Assembly: GCA_964291655.2 (NCBI GenBank)
Contig: OZ219802.1
Location: 640,001 to 704,000, forward strand
Origin: Chloroflexota bacterium
GTDB lineage: Bacteria; Chloroflexota; UBA11872; VXOZ01
DNA: 64,000 nt
Reading direction: 5' to 3'
The position numbers and the translations under genes were made by a program. Shown here in pieces: positions 10,344 to 20,368 of this stretch. Every line of letters begins with the position of its first letter. The first letter of the stretch is position 1. Under the pieces are notes generated by a model. It was given only the letters and a program-made list of their open reading frames with translations. It was not told the DNA's origin and searched no databases.

Positions 10344-11795
10344 ATGAGACGACGTGCGGCGCGGGGCGAGTTCAGGAATACTGCACGTTCACGTAGCGCA
10401 ATGAGGTCGAGACCATCCAACGTGGATATTGCCGCAAGCACTCCCATTTCCGTACAGGAAGCACAATCCGTACTCGACAGCCTCGACCGGCTCGCGCTGT
10501 ATACCCATGTCCTACATGACGACATATTTCAGTGCTATTGCGCCATGCTACGCTGCGTGGCGGCGGGAGACCCGCCACATCGGTTTGCGGCGGCCGCCGC
10601 CAAGCTGAGCGGTTTGCTCGCGCAGCACAGTGAACGCAAATCGGCGGGCGTGCATGGCGATGCCTGGCAAGACTTCCTCGTACAGCACATAATCGAGGCC
10701 GAGAACGCATTCACGCAAAAGGCCGCATTGGCTGGCCCTACCGGCTTGAGTAATGCTCTGAGGTCGCTCGCGGAAGAAGATCTTGCCATCCTCCAACGGT
10801 TGTTCAATCTCAACGCCGTTGCCTGGCGGACGCTAGCGGGTCTGCTCGCAGCCGATGAAATTTCGCCCTATCTGGCGTGGGATGAGTTTACGTCGCCAGG
10901 CGCGACCGATAGTAAAAGGCATGAGCTAGACATCCGCGAAAAGCTCATGGCATCGCAAAACTGGCGAGAAGCCGTCCCTCTGCTCGCGGCACACTACCAC
11001 CGGCATGGCACCGGCGAATTCGCCCGCTACCGTGCCTTTCGCTGGGTGCGCTCAACGCATGGCGGCAACTTGCGGGGCGTGCCGCACCCAGACCCCATTC
11101 GTCTGGAGGAACTCATCGGCGACGACCGCCAGCGCCGGCTTCTTATGCAAAACACTGAGCACCTGCTCGCGGGGTACCGCGCCAACAACGTGTTGCTCTG
11201 CGGCGATCGCGGCACCGGAAAGTCCTCTACCATCAAGGCGCTGTTGCACCGCTACGGTGACCGTGGGCTCCGCCTCATTGAAGTTGCCAAGGAGCATCTC
11301 AATGACTTTCCCGACATCCTGGTGAAACTTCAGGTGCGGCCGCAGTCCTTTGTTGTCTTCGTGGACGATCTCTCATTTGAGCCCCATGAGACTGACTACA
11401 AAGCCTTGAAAGCCATCCTGGAAGGCAGCGTCGCGGCGCAACCCCGCAACGTCGTCATCTACGCCACCTCCAACCGCAGCCACCTCATTCGTGAGAACTT
11501 TTCCGATCGCGCCGGCATCCTCGAGGATGAAGTACATCCCAAAGAGACCTTGCAAGAGACTTTTTCCCTTAGCGATCGTTTCGGCATCCGCATCAGCTTT
11601 GTCTCACCTACGCAAGCGCACTACCTTGCAATCGTGGCGGCCCTCACCGAGCAACGTGGCCTCCTGATTCAGGAGGCGGATCTCCGCGCCCGCGCGATCA
11701 CGTGGGCACAGCAGCAGAACGGCTTCTCCGGTCGCACGGCGCGCCAGTTTGTGGACTTCCTGGAAGGCGACATAGGAACCGGCGAATCGCCATAG
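10344..11795 (+). CDS. DUF815-family AAA+ ATP-binding protein
   Basis: NNVLLCGDRGTGKSS Walker A, VFVDDLSFE, YATSNR, SLSDRFG, SGRTARQF; true start may lie downstream. Confidence 0.88.
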   Translation: MRRRAARGEFRNTARSRSAMRSRPSNVDIAASTPISVQEAQSVLDSLDRLALYTHVLHDDIFQCYCAMLRCVAAGDPPHRFAAAAAKLSGLLAQHSERKSAGVHGDAWQDFLVQHIIEAENAFTQKAALAGPTGLSNALRSLAEEDLAILQRLFNLNAVAWRTLAGLLAADEISPYLAWDEFTSPGATDSKRHELDIREKLMASQNWREAVPLLAAHYHRHGTGEFARYRAFRWVRSTHGGNLRGVPHPDPIRLEELIGDDRQRRLLMQNTEHLLAGYRANNVLLCGDRGTGKSSTIKALLHRYGDRGLRLIEVAKEHLNDFPDILVKLQVRPQSFVVFVDDLSFEPHETDYKALKAILEGSVAAQPRNVVIYATSNRSHLIRENFSDRAGILEDEVHPKETLQETFSLSDRFGIRISFVSPTQAHYLAIVAALTEQRGLLIQEADLRARAITWAQQQNGFSGRTARQFVDFLEGDIGTGESP

Positions 11796-11891
11796 CCGCA
11801 CTCTTTCCTATTGTGGCAAGGGCGCCTTGACTGGCTGAGTAAAACATCTTGACCTGACCCGCTCCTTCACAAAGATTTCACAATTCTGTTA

Positions 11892-11921
11892 TTGACAAGA
11901 GTTTGGCTGTAAGACTATACT
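11892..11921 (+). promoter_or_regulatory. Sigma70-type promoter
   Basis: TTGACA-18 nt-TATACT upstream of SBP gene. Confidence 0.6.
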
Positions 11922-12003
11922 GCCCACAACAGCGATGTGATTGCATTTACAACTCTATTGCTGTAAAGAGTCCACGGCTGAAGTGCTATCAGGAGGTGGA
12001 GCG

Positions 12004-13401
12004 ATGGCGGACTTACATGTAACGCGACGACGTCTCATGGGTACCGGCGCCACGATTGGGGCAGTCGGTCTCCTCGCTGCGTGCGGGACGGCGCAGATGA
12101 CCGGAGGTGAGGCAGCGCCCGCGGATGGAGAGACATCCACGGAGGCCGCGCAACCTGAAACCATGGAAGTAGTGAATCTCGTGTACTTGTCACCGGAAAG
12201 CTCGGCACGGCAAGAGAAGGAAATCGCCATTTTCGACGATTTCAACGAGCAGAATTCCGACATTCAAGTAGAGGTCGTCGGTCAGGCCGGTGGCTGGGGT
12301 GGCACCTATGAAAAGGTAATGGTGTCGCACGCCGGCGGTATTCCGATTGACTTCGTGCACAACGGCTGGTTGATTTGGGACCGCATGTGGCAAGCCGGCG
12401 CTATCGTCGACCAGACCGAATTCTTCAAGGCCGATAAGCTCGTGCCGGAAGAGTTGTTCATCGAGTCCTCCTTGTTCGAGTGGGTGTTTGATGGAGTCAT
12501 GGGCGGCATGCCCATCAGCACGTCTGCCGATGCCATGGCATATAACAAGGATATGTTCGCCGAGGCCGGACTCGAGGAACCGCCGGTTGACGTGAATGCC
12601 AAGTGGTGGAACATGGATACGTTCCTCGACTACGCCCAGAAGCTGACAAACGACGAGCAATTCGGCTTCGGCGGCAGTTTGGGCGGCGGTAATGCCGCGG
12701 GCGAGACCACGGGCACGTACTTCGGCCAGGGCCCATGGGACGACGCCACCCGGAAGGCATTTATCGACTCACCCGGCATCATCCAAGGTCTCGAATTCTG
12801 GCGGGACGTGACCGAGGTCAAGTATCACGTGCAGCCCAATCCTGACGAAAGCGATGCCCTGCGCGGCGGCCAGCGTATGAACGTCTTCGTCACCGGCAAG
12901 ATCGGCATGCAGGTCTCCTACATCAATCAGGACACGAATTTCAACTGGGCAGTTGCCACCCTGCCCTATGATGGTGAAGGACCAAGCATGTCGGCGCGCA
13001 TCTCGAACCACGGTTTGCAGATGGGCAATGCGGAAACTCAGGATGCCGTGTGGACCGTATTCCGCTGGTTCATGTCACCAGAGAATGCCGGTAGATTCCC
13101 ACGTACGGCGGGGCATGTAGTCTCACCGTTCCAGGACCCGGCATATTCTGAGGTCTCCCAGGCCGAATTCCGCAACCAGCTTGGCATCGATCCCAAGGCG
13201 TTTGTCCTGCAAGCGCAGCATACGCAACCCCACGGCTGGGGGCTGTACAAGTATAGTGCCTGGGAAGAGGTCACCGCCCTCGCACGTCCCCGCTATCGCC
13301 AGGAATACCAGCTTGGTCAGCTTGACACGCGCGAGTATGCCACCTGGTTCCAAGAAGTCATTACTACTATCATGGACGATTACTTCGCGAACAGAGGCTA
13401 G
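12004..13401 (+). CDS. Carbohydrate ABC transporter solute-binding lipoprotein (family 1), Tat signal
   Basis: TRRRLM twin-arginine signal plus LLAAC lipobox; YNKDMF..AGL motif; RBS AGGAGG. Confidence 0.88.
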   Translation: MADLHVTRRRLMGTGATIGAVGLLAACGTAQMTGGEAAPADGETSTEAAQPETMEVVNLVYLSPESSARQEKEIAIFDDFNEQNSDIQVEVVGQAGGWGGTYEKVMVSHAGGIPIDFVHNGWLIWDRMWQAGAIVDQTEFFKADKLVPEELFIESSLFEWVFDGVMGGMPISTSADAMAYNKDMFAEAGLEEPPVDVNAKWWNMDTFLDYAQKLTNDEQFGFGGSLGGGNAAGETTGTYFGQGPWDDATRKAFIDSPGIIQGLEFWRDVTEVKYHVQPNPDESDALRGGQRMNVFVTGKIGMQVSYINQDTNFNWAVATLPYDGEGPSMSARISNHGLQMGNAETQDAVWTVFRWFMSPENAGRFPRTAGHVVSPFQDPAYSEVSQAEFRNQLGIDPKAFVLQAQHTQPHGWGLYKYSAWEEVTALARPRYRQEYQLGQLDTREYATWFQEVITTIMDDYFANRG

Positions 13402-13435
13402 CGGGGCGAAGCGCAGTTTGCGTTATTTAGAATGT

Positions 13436-13475
13436 GCAGCGGGGCCGGAAGAATCCGGCCCCGCTGTTGCTTCTC
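13436..13475 (+). terminator. Intrinsic terminator-like hairpin
   Basis: GCAGCGGGGCCGGA-AGAA-TCCGGCCCCGCTGT followed by pyrimidine-rich tract. Confidence 0.6.
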
Positions 13476-13688
13476 TTGCCATATAGCCGCTCAGCAGACC
13501 TGTCGTTCTTGCACACTCCAGTTTCGCAAGGATACAACGGTTCCTCATAGGCTACCTGGCGCGGCACAGCCGCAAAACCGCAAAGCTGAATGCTTTAAAG
13601 TAAGATTAGCGGTGTAACAGAACGCAACTCTGTTACGCTGTGTAGGAGCAATCCACTGCTGCGCCGCAAAGAAGAGGGTCCCGCTTAA

Positions 13689-15173
13689 ATGTCCGCTTCT
13701 CAACCCAACATCCTGCTTATCACCACTGACCAACAACGGTTCGATACGGTCGGTGACGCCAAACCGCCGTTTCTCCGCACCCCCCACATAGACCTACTGG
13801 GCTACCAAGGCGTGCAGTTCACCCGTGCCTACGCCGATTGCCCGCTCTGCGTACCGGCGCGCGTCGGCATCATGACGGGCACGCAGGTGTACACCCACGG
13901 CGTGGCCAACAACGACCAGACCTCGAATGTGATGGGAAGGGAGGGGACGCTTCCGACTCATCTGCGGGCGTGTGGCTATCAGACTGCCGCCATTGGCAAG
14001 ATGCACTTCGGCCCACAGCGGGTGCGGCATGGCTTTGAAGAGATGATCCTGCCGGATGACTACTACCGTGACATGCGCCATTCCGGCAGCGCGCGGCAAC
14101 CAATGCACCACGGGATCGGCCAGAATGAACTCTACCCTACGTTGGCTACCGTACCGGAGAGCCTCACGCTTACCTCGTGGATTGCTGAGCAATGCGTGGA
14201 GTACATCCGCGTCCGCCGCGATCCTACCCTCCCGTTCTTCCTCTGGTGTTCGTTCGCCAAACCACACCCGCCGCTCGACGCCCCGGAGCCCTACTACTCC
14301 ATGTATCAGAACTCGCCGATACCTGAACCGGCTGTTGGGGCGTGGTGCGACGATGCGGACTGCCCCATTTCGTTCGACCGGCAAGCACAACGGCGCGCTT
14401 TCGACTCTATCCCAGACGAGACTATTCACGCGGCGCGCGCCGTCTATTACGGGTTGATCACCCAGATCGACAACGTTATCGGCCGCCTCATCAGCGCCTT
14501 GGAGGACTGCGGCCTCTTCAATGACACCTTCATCATGTTTGCCTCCGACCACGGCGAAATGCTCGGCGATCACCGCAACGGAGCCAAGACCTTCTTCTAC
14601 GAACCGTCAGCGCACGTGCCATTCATTTTGCGCATGCCGCAGAATTGGGAAAACCGGCACCATGGCACGATGGTGGAAACACCGATCACCCATGCCGACA
14701 TCTTGCCGACACTGGTTGCCGTGGCAGGCGGTAAGCCGCCGGACGATACGGACGGCCAGGACTTGGTCGCGCTGGCACGTGGCAAACTTGAGAACCCGCG
14801 CCGCTATCTGGAAGGCATGAGCGGTCCCCGTTGGCCGCAGGCGGAGCGCATCCCGTGTGTCTACCTGGCGATCACGGATGGGCAGTGGAAGTACATTTGG
14901 TACCCCGAGGGTCCCACGGAACACCTCTTCAATCTCGCTGAAGACCCGGCGGAGCTGCACAATCTCGCCCACGAAACTCGCTTTCAGGCGAAGAAGCAGC
15001 ACCTGCAAGGCGAGCTCGTCGAAAGGCACCAATTACGAGATTCAGCCTACCTTGAAGACGGCAATCTGCCGGTGCGAGACCCACAGGTCGAGACCACTGC
15101 CGACCGCCGCAATACGGCAACCAATCACGCCGGATTCCGCACTGAATACAGTAACGTTGACGTTCGCCACTAG
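13689..15173 (+). CDS. Sulfatase (Cys-type)
   Basis: QPNILLITTDQ, CVPARVGIMTG, GKMH, KPHPP, SDHGE, LFNL..DP.E..NL. Confidence 0.92.
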   Translation: MSASQPNILLITTDQQRFDTVGDAKPPFLRTPHIDLLGYQGVQFTRAYADCPLCVPARVGIMTGTQVYTHGVANNDQTSNVMGREGTLPTHLRACGYQTAAIGKMHFGPQRVRHGFEEMILPDDYYRDMRHSGSARQPMHHGIGQNELYPTLATVPESLTLTSWIAEQCVEYIRVRRDPTLPFFLWCSFAKPHPPLDAPEPYYSMYQNSPIPEPAVGAWCDDADCPISFDRQAQRRAFDSIPDETIHAARAVYYGLITQIDNVIGRLISALEDCGLFNDTFIMFASDHGEMLGDHRNGAKTFFYEPSAHVPFILRMPQNWENRHHGTMVETPITHADILPTLVAVAGGKPPDDTDGQDLVALARGKLENPRRYLEGMSGPRWPQAERIPCVYLAITDGQWKYIWYPEGPTEHLFNLAEDPAELHNLAHETRFQAKKQHLQGELVERHQLRDSAYLEDGNLPVRDPQVETTADRRNTATNHAGFRTEYSNVDVRH

Positions 15174-15365
15174 GCGGCAAAGCGCACTGAGAGCTACAAC
15201 GCTACAATAACTTCAAGCACGCCGAAGCCAGTAGCTTATTGAGCGCTCGGCAGCTTGGTGTAACGTGACGGTTATCTGAGGAGGGCAAGAGACTGAATGG
15301 CTACAGACCGTTAGCCTGACCGAGAAGCAAATAGGCATCAGCAGAGGAGAGCAAAGGAGCACATC

Positions 15366-16202
15366 ATGCCCAGCAACTTACTGGAAGTCTTTACGAATTG
15401 TTACGGCCGATACGGCGTGCGCGCGGCGATTGATCTCGCGCCGCAGGCCGGCATCACCCACCTCGAACTCGCCATGAAACAGCACGGCGGTGTCTTGGAG
15501 ATCCCCGAGGATGTCGTCGCCAGCGAAAAGCTCGGAGACGAGGGGATTCAGAACCTTAAGCGCGAGCTCGACGCGAACGGCCTCACCGTGATCAGCGCGA
15601 ATGGGTCAGATAACCTCATGGACCCGGATGGATTTGCCCGTATTGCGGAACGGATGCGCCTCGCGGCTGGCATTGGCGCCAAGTACTTTGTCGGCTTGGG
15701 CGGCGAGCCGGCTGAAGAAGACCGGAAAGACTTCTTTGACAAGATGGGGGCCATTGGCGACGTGGCGGCCAGTCATGGGCTTACCATTGCCCTTGAAACC
15801 CACCCGGGCATTACCCAAAACGCGGATGCAATCTTAGACACGATGCAGGCCCTGCAGCATGACGCCATCCGCATCAACTTCGACACGGGCAACATCCTCT
15901 TCTACAACGAAGGCGCGGATGTGTACGCACAGCTTGAACGCGTTATGGACTACGTAGTGCACATGCATCTCAAGGACAGCCGCGGCGGCTACCGGGACTG
16001 GTACTTTACGGCCATGGGAGACGGCGGCGCCGTAGACTTCGCCCGCATCGCCGAAGTAACCAACAACGCAGGCTTCTTCGGCCCGTATAGCTTGGAGATC
16101 GAGGGCATTAAGGGCGAGCCGGAACCGACTCTGGAGCAGCGCCAGGAGCGTGTCGTCCGCAGCGTGGAGCATCTACGGTCCGTCGGATTTCTCACTGACT
16201 AG
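15366..16202 (+). CDS. Sugar phosphate isomerase/epimerase (AP endonuclease 2 TIM barrel)
   Basis: ALETH, NFDTGN, HMHLKD, SLEIE metal ligands. Confidence 0.85.
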   Translation: MPSNLLEVFTNCYGRYGVRAAIDLAPQAGITHLELAMKQHGGVLEIPEDVVASEKLGDEGIQNLKRELDANGLTVISANGSDNLMDPDGFARIAERMRLAAGIGAKYFVGLGGEPAEEDRKDFFDKMGAIGDVAASHGLTIALETHPGITQNADAILDTMQALQHDAIRINFDTGNILFYNEGADVYAQLERVMDYVVHMHLKDSRGGYRDWYFTAMGDGGAVDFARIAEVTNNAGFFGPYSLEIEGIKGEPEPTLEQRQERVVRSVEHLRSVGFLTD

Positions 16203-16308
16203 AATTCTTATATGTCCGCGCTCGCCACTTAAGTATTCTAGTACTACTTGCCGGACATTCCAGAACAGTCGCTTGCGAACACAATGCAACTGACGACGGC
16301 CCTAAGCC

Positions 16309-16419
16309 CTAGTGGTTCGGCACTTTAGTTTTGATTGGTAGCGTAGGTTTTCAACCTGCGCAGTTTCCTCTCGCTGTTGCTTACACCTACCCATCAATAC
16401 AATGTTGTTGGACCACTAG
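16309..16419. mobile_element. MITE-like element (same family as 8466..8648), overlapping 3' end of hydrolase gene
   Basis: CTAGTGGTTCGGCAC...TTGATTGGTAG and CTACCCATCAATACAATGTTGTTGGACCACTAG; internal GTAGCGTAGGTTTTCAACCTGCGC hairpin. Confidence 0.7.
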
Positions 16420-18598
16420 GCGTGTGCTCCAGCCACTTGTCGAGGAACGGAAACGACTCCTTGGCGTAAATCTCGTGCTTGCCTTCAAAGACTCCCAGCA
16501 CACAGCGGTCGCCGAGACCCAGCCGTGCGTAGTGGGTATGAAGACGCGCGAACTCTACCTCCGCCTCTTTGTAGTAGACCGCCCGGTCTTGCGTGCCCTG
16601 TTCGATGAACAGCGGGCGCGGGCAGATGAGCGACCCAAGATCAGCGTCGGAGAACTCCAAGAGCTGGCCGAGATAGTATTGATGGAATTCGTCCGTCGTG
16701 AAGTACGCGCGGTAGTGCTCGGACTCCACATTGAGTTTTCGGGTGCGTTCATTGAAGAATGCGGAGACCACCGCCACCTTGATGCGGGGTTCCAGCGGCG
16801 TAAGCCAGAGCGTCATGGTCCCGCCCTGGGAGAGTCCGTAGAAGCCAATGCGTTCCGGATCGACCTCCGGCAGCGATTGCAGATAGTCGATCACCTTCAT
16901 CTCGCGCCAGATCTCCAGTCCCATCAAACGCCTGCCAACGACGATAGCTTTGTTATGTAAACGAACGCGCCGCGGCGTCCCATTGATGCAGTGCGGCGCG
17001 AAGACCACGTAGCCCCGTTCCGCCAGGCGCTGACCGTAGCGGTGGTAGGCATCGTCTTGATCCAGCAAGCCGGCGACAGCTTGCACCGCCCCACCGAGCC
17101 CGTGTTGAGTCACCACCGCAGCGCGCGGCGCGGTGATGCCTTTGGGCACCAACAAGTAGCCGAATAGTCGCACCCCCGGCAGCATGCCCAGCGTTACGGC
17201 ATAGACCGTATGGTCCGGACGCTCCACTACCACGCGGCGTTCGGGGGCAAGCGGCACCTGTTCCTCTACCGGCGGCAACCCGCCCATCATCGCCAACCAG
17301 GCTTCGCGGTTCGCCGCTACGGACTCCGTGTAGGCCTCCGCGCTGGCATAGTCTCGCTGCCAACGCTCTTCCCGCACCCCGTATGCCTGATCGGCCAGAC
17401 CGTCCAAGTAGCGATCGTGCTGCCCGTTCGTATCGTCGCGCATGGCTTGGAGGGCTGCATCGTTGACATACACCGGCGGCGGGGGTGTAGCCTCCTCGTC
17501 ATCAGGTGCGGCGTGCCGCTTGGGTGGTTGCCCATCGTTCAACCAACGATCGAGAAAGTCAAAAGCCTCCACACCGTGAATCTCGTGCGGTCCGTCAAAC
17601 TCGCCCCACTCGCAGCGCTCACCGATGCCCAAGCGCTCGTAAATCTCCTTGAGCGGGTAGAACTCCTCGCGGGCGCTCTCGATGTAGTAGGATCTATCCG
17701 TCTGCCCGTGTTCGATCATCACCGGCCGGGGGCAGATGAGCGATGCCAGATCGTAGTCTGAAAACTCAGTGAGGAAGTCCGGCTCGAAGTACGACTGTTC
17801 GCTGGTGTTTATGAAGGGTCGATAGTGAGGCGATGCTACGAGTTGCTTCTTGGTGCGCTCGTTGTAGAAGGCCGAGATGATGGTGGCGCGGATGCGCGGT
17901 TCGAGCGGCGGAAACCAAAGCGCCATCTTGCCGCCTTGGGAGAGGCCGTAGAAGCCGATGCGCTCGTTGTCTACCTCAGGCAGCGATTCCAGCAAATCAA
18001 CCGCCCGGATCTCCCGCCAGATCTCCAGGCCCATAAGGGTGCGCCCGACGAGTAACGCCTTGTTGTGCAGGCGATTGCGCCAATCGACAAAGTTGATGCA
18101 GTGCGGGGCCAGCACCACGTACCCGCGTTCCGCCAACCGCTGGCCATACTTATGATAGGCGTCATCCTCTTCCACCAAACCCGCGATGGAGTGCGGTGTG
18201 CCGCCCATGCCGTGCTGGCAAATGACTGCCGGCCTCGGTCCCGCCAGGCGCTTGGGGACGAGGAGGTGCGCAAACGAGCGGACTCCCGGCAGCGTGCCAA
18301 ACGTAACCGCATAGACGGTATGATCGCTGCGCTCTGCCACTACGTGGAGGTCCGGCTCGAGCGACACGCGCTCTTCCGCCGCCGGCCATATACCCAGCAT
18401 ATCGCGCCAGTGCTCGCGGTTAGGCGCTACAGATTCCGAGTACGCCCGGAGGCTTGAAAAGTCCCGGTGCCACTTTGCCCTCCGCCACTCATACGCCTGG
18501 ATGGCAAGGTTATCGAGGTATCGCTCCAGTTGCGCCGCCTGGTCCCAGCGCACCGACTCTACCGCGTTCGGGGAGGCTACATTGGCTTCTTGGGACAC
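16394..18598 (-). CDS. Tandem double-domain alpha/beta hydrolase (dienelactone hydrolase/Abhydrolase_7-like)
   Basis: Two homologous halves, each with QHG.GG, RIGFYGLSQGG nucleophile elbow, SLICPRP, and F(D/E)G.HEI. Confidence 0.85.
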   Translation of the reverse strand: MSQEANVASPNAVESVRWDQAAQLERYLDNLAIQAYEWRRAKWHRDFSSLRAYSESVAPNREHWRDMLGIWPAAEERVSLEPDLHVVAERSDHTVYAVTFGTLPGVRSFAHLLVPKRLAGPRPAVICQHGMGGTPHSIAGLVEEDDAYHKYGQRLAERGYVVLAPHCINFVDWRNRLHNKALLVGRTLMGLEIWREIRAVDLLESLPEVDNERIGFYGLSQGGKMALWFPPLEPRIRATIISAFYNERTKKQLVASPHYRPFINTSEQSYFEPDFLTEFSDYDLASLICPRPVMIEHGQTDRSYYIESAREEFYPLKEIYERLGIGERCEWGEFDGPHEIHGVEAFDFLDRWLNDGQPPKRHAAPDDEEATPPPPVYVNDAALQAMRDDTNGQHDRYLDGLADQAYGVREERWQRDYASAEAYTESVAANREAWLAMMGGLPPVEEQVPLAPERRVVVERPDHTVYAVTLGMLPGVRLFGYLLVPKGITAPRAAVVTQHGLGGAVQAVAGLLDQDDAYHRYGQRLAERGYVVFAPHCINGTPRRVRLHNKAIVVGRRLMGLEIWREMKVIDYLQSLPEVDPERIGFYGLSQGGTMTLWLTPLEPRIKVAVVSAFFNERTRKLNVESEHYRAYFTTDEFHQYYLGQLLEFSDADLGSLICPRPLFIEQGTQDRAVYYKEAEVEFARLHTHYARLGLGDRCVLGVFEGKHEIYAKESFPFLDKWLEHTPSGPTTLY

Positions 18599-18854
18599 GG
18601 CTACGACTCCTTGCTCGTACTCATCTCATAGATATTCAGCTCTGCGCAGACCCGCCCTGCGACAGGCTCAGAGCCTGCCCCGTAGTTGCTACGGGGGCGA
18701 ACGGGAAGAACAACAGTCCGATCATGCTGAGTGCTGCGCGAAGCCCTTCTCGAAGCACAAAACACCATGTCGAATCAATTTGTGAGAATCCTTCTAGCAC
18801 TTGGGCTCGACTGATGTTCTCTTGCCAATTACGCTCGCTCCTCGTTAGCAAGTC

Positions 18855-18878
18855 GTAGCGCGGGGGCTTGTCCCCCGC
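18855..18878 (+). repeat. GTAG-type REP-like palindrome GTAGCGCGGGGGCTTGTCCCCCGC
   Basis: Identical copies at 24231, 43552, 46848, 53541; partial reverse copy 43096..43115; degenerate copy at 53101. Confidence 0.85.
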
Positions 18879-19024
18879 TTCTTTGCAAAAGAAGTAAGTA
18901 TCCTCTCGGACAAAGTACTTAGAGGCTATCCAAAACTCTCTGTCACTCCGGCCAGTCTGCCAACAAGCTGGCGCAATGCAGGCCCGCGCATGGAACGGCC
19001 TTGGAGTCCAGGGCGCGCGTTCCT

Positions 19025-19052
19025 CGTCACTCCGGCTTTCGCCGGAGTCCAG
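19025..19052. repeat. GTCATTCC(N8)GGAATCC-type palindromic repeat
   Basis: CGTCACTCCGGCTTTCGCCGGAGTCCAG; related copies at 19960 (reverse), 33711, 34712. Confidence 0.75.
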
Positions 19053-19218
19053 CGCACGCGGAAGACTTGGATTCCGCGCCCCCGTGCGGGGGCGAGCTTT
19101 CGCTGAAATGACGGTACCGAGTGCGGACTTTCCACGCCAGTACAGTACGAGGACTTCTCCGACGCGGTACCATCGGCAAGGGGCAGCCGTCTGCGCAATG
19201 CGGCCTACCCGGAATACT

Positions 19219-19647
19219 CTATCCGTTAGTCTCCGCGCCACGCAAGAAGCGCTCAATCGCCTGGGCTGCAAGCTGATTCACCTTAACGCCGCGGCGTTTC
19301 GCTTCTTGCTCGAGCCGCTGCATCAGCCAGGCGTCTTCCAGAGTCAAACTGAGCGACCGCTCTGTGGAGGCAGTAGCCTGTGGAGCCACCGGCTGATCCT
19401 GAACCACAATCACCTGATCGGTAGCCTCAACCACATGCCCACGGCGACTCTGCGTGAGCGAACGCCACTTTTCTTCAGTCAGCGGTCGTCCCCACGCCTG
19501 TTCGACCTGAGAGCGCGTGATTTCAAGCCTCTTGCCCTCGATCGTAAGCCACGGACCATTCTGGTGCAGTACACCCCCCGTCACGTCCTTGAGCACGGAG
19601 GCGAGTTCGAGGTTCGGCGCGCTCAACTGGATGGTGATACTCGCCAT
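19219..19647 (-). CDS. Hypothetical protein with C-terminal CopG/ribbon-helix-helix-like domain (possible antitoxin)
   Basis: RBS GAGGAG; C-terminus RSLSLTLEDAWLMQRLEQEAKRRGVKVNQLAAQAIERFL resembles RHH pattern. Confidence 0.6.
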   Translation of the reverse strand: MASITIQLSAPNLELASVLKDVTGGVLHQNGPWLTIEGKRLEITRSQVEQAWGRPLTEEKWRSLTQSRRGHVVEATDQVIVVQDQPVAPQATASTERSLSLTLEDAWLMQRLEQEAKRRGVKVNQLAAQAIERFLRGAETNG

Positions 19648-20368
19648 AACGATTACTCCTCGCATGAGGCGTTTCGTCAGTAACTAAGCCCATTAGACCA
19701 TACGCCCAATCCTGTAACAAGCTCATAGTGGTGACTAATGACGCTTTTCCCTTGGAGGACCGCTCGCATTGCCGAAGCAGCTGTGCCAGAGTCACTCTGC
19801 AATGAGGAGACCCTTGGTTGATTTCGGCTGGCAATACCAGACCGGCTGCACTCCCTGGGGAGCCTCTGCAAAACCCTTTCCCCCGCGATGGGAAAGTCCG
19901 GGTGGAGAGGGGTGAAACTTGGCTTCATAGCTAGCAATCGCAGGCTACCCTCTATACTTCTGGATTCCGGCATTCGCCGGAATGACGGAGTCATTTAGTG
20001 GTCTCCTGGAGAGAAGGCCGGTATGAGAATGCAATCTCGTCAATAGAACCCAATCTCCCTCATCCATTCGAGCTATGCAGGGGTATCCGTTGGGTCACCA
20101 TTCAACTCTCCTTGACCATTCGCCGCCGTGTCGGTTACGCTCAATGCCGTAGCAAAGCGGCGAGAATTGTCTTTCACCCGTCAATGAAGGGTGTCTCCCA
20201 AACGGGTTAGCTCCCAGAGATTCAGACACTCCGGCGTCCCCTTTGTTTCACTATGAGAAACCAAGACGACACTGCCCGAACACGCAGCAACGAAATCAAT
20301 ACAGACGACAGAATCTAAGCTGAATCCCCGCACCATAGTCGAACGCCAATTGACGAAAGGATGAGCCT

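Noticed and set aside
18636-19271. 211-aa ORF and overlapping ORFs in 18600-20350
   Set aside because: Translations are built from palindromic repeat sequence (e.g. GDKPPRY), not a coherent protein
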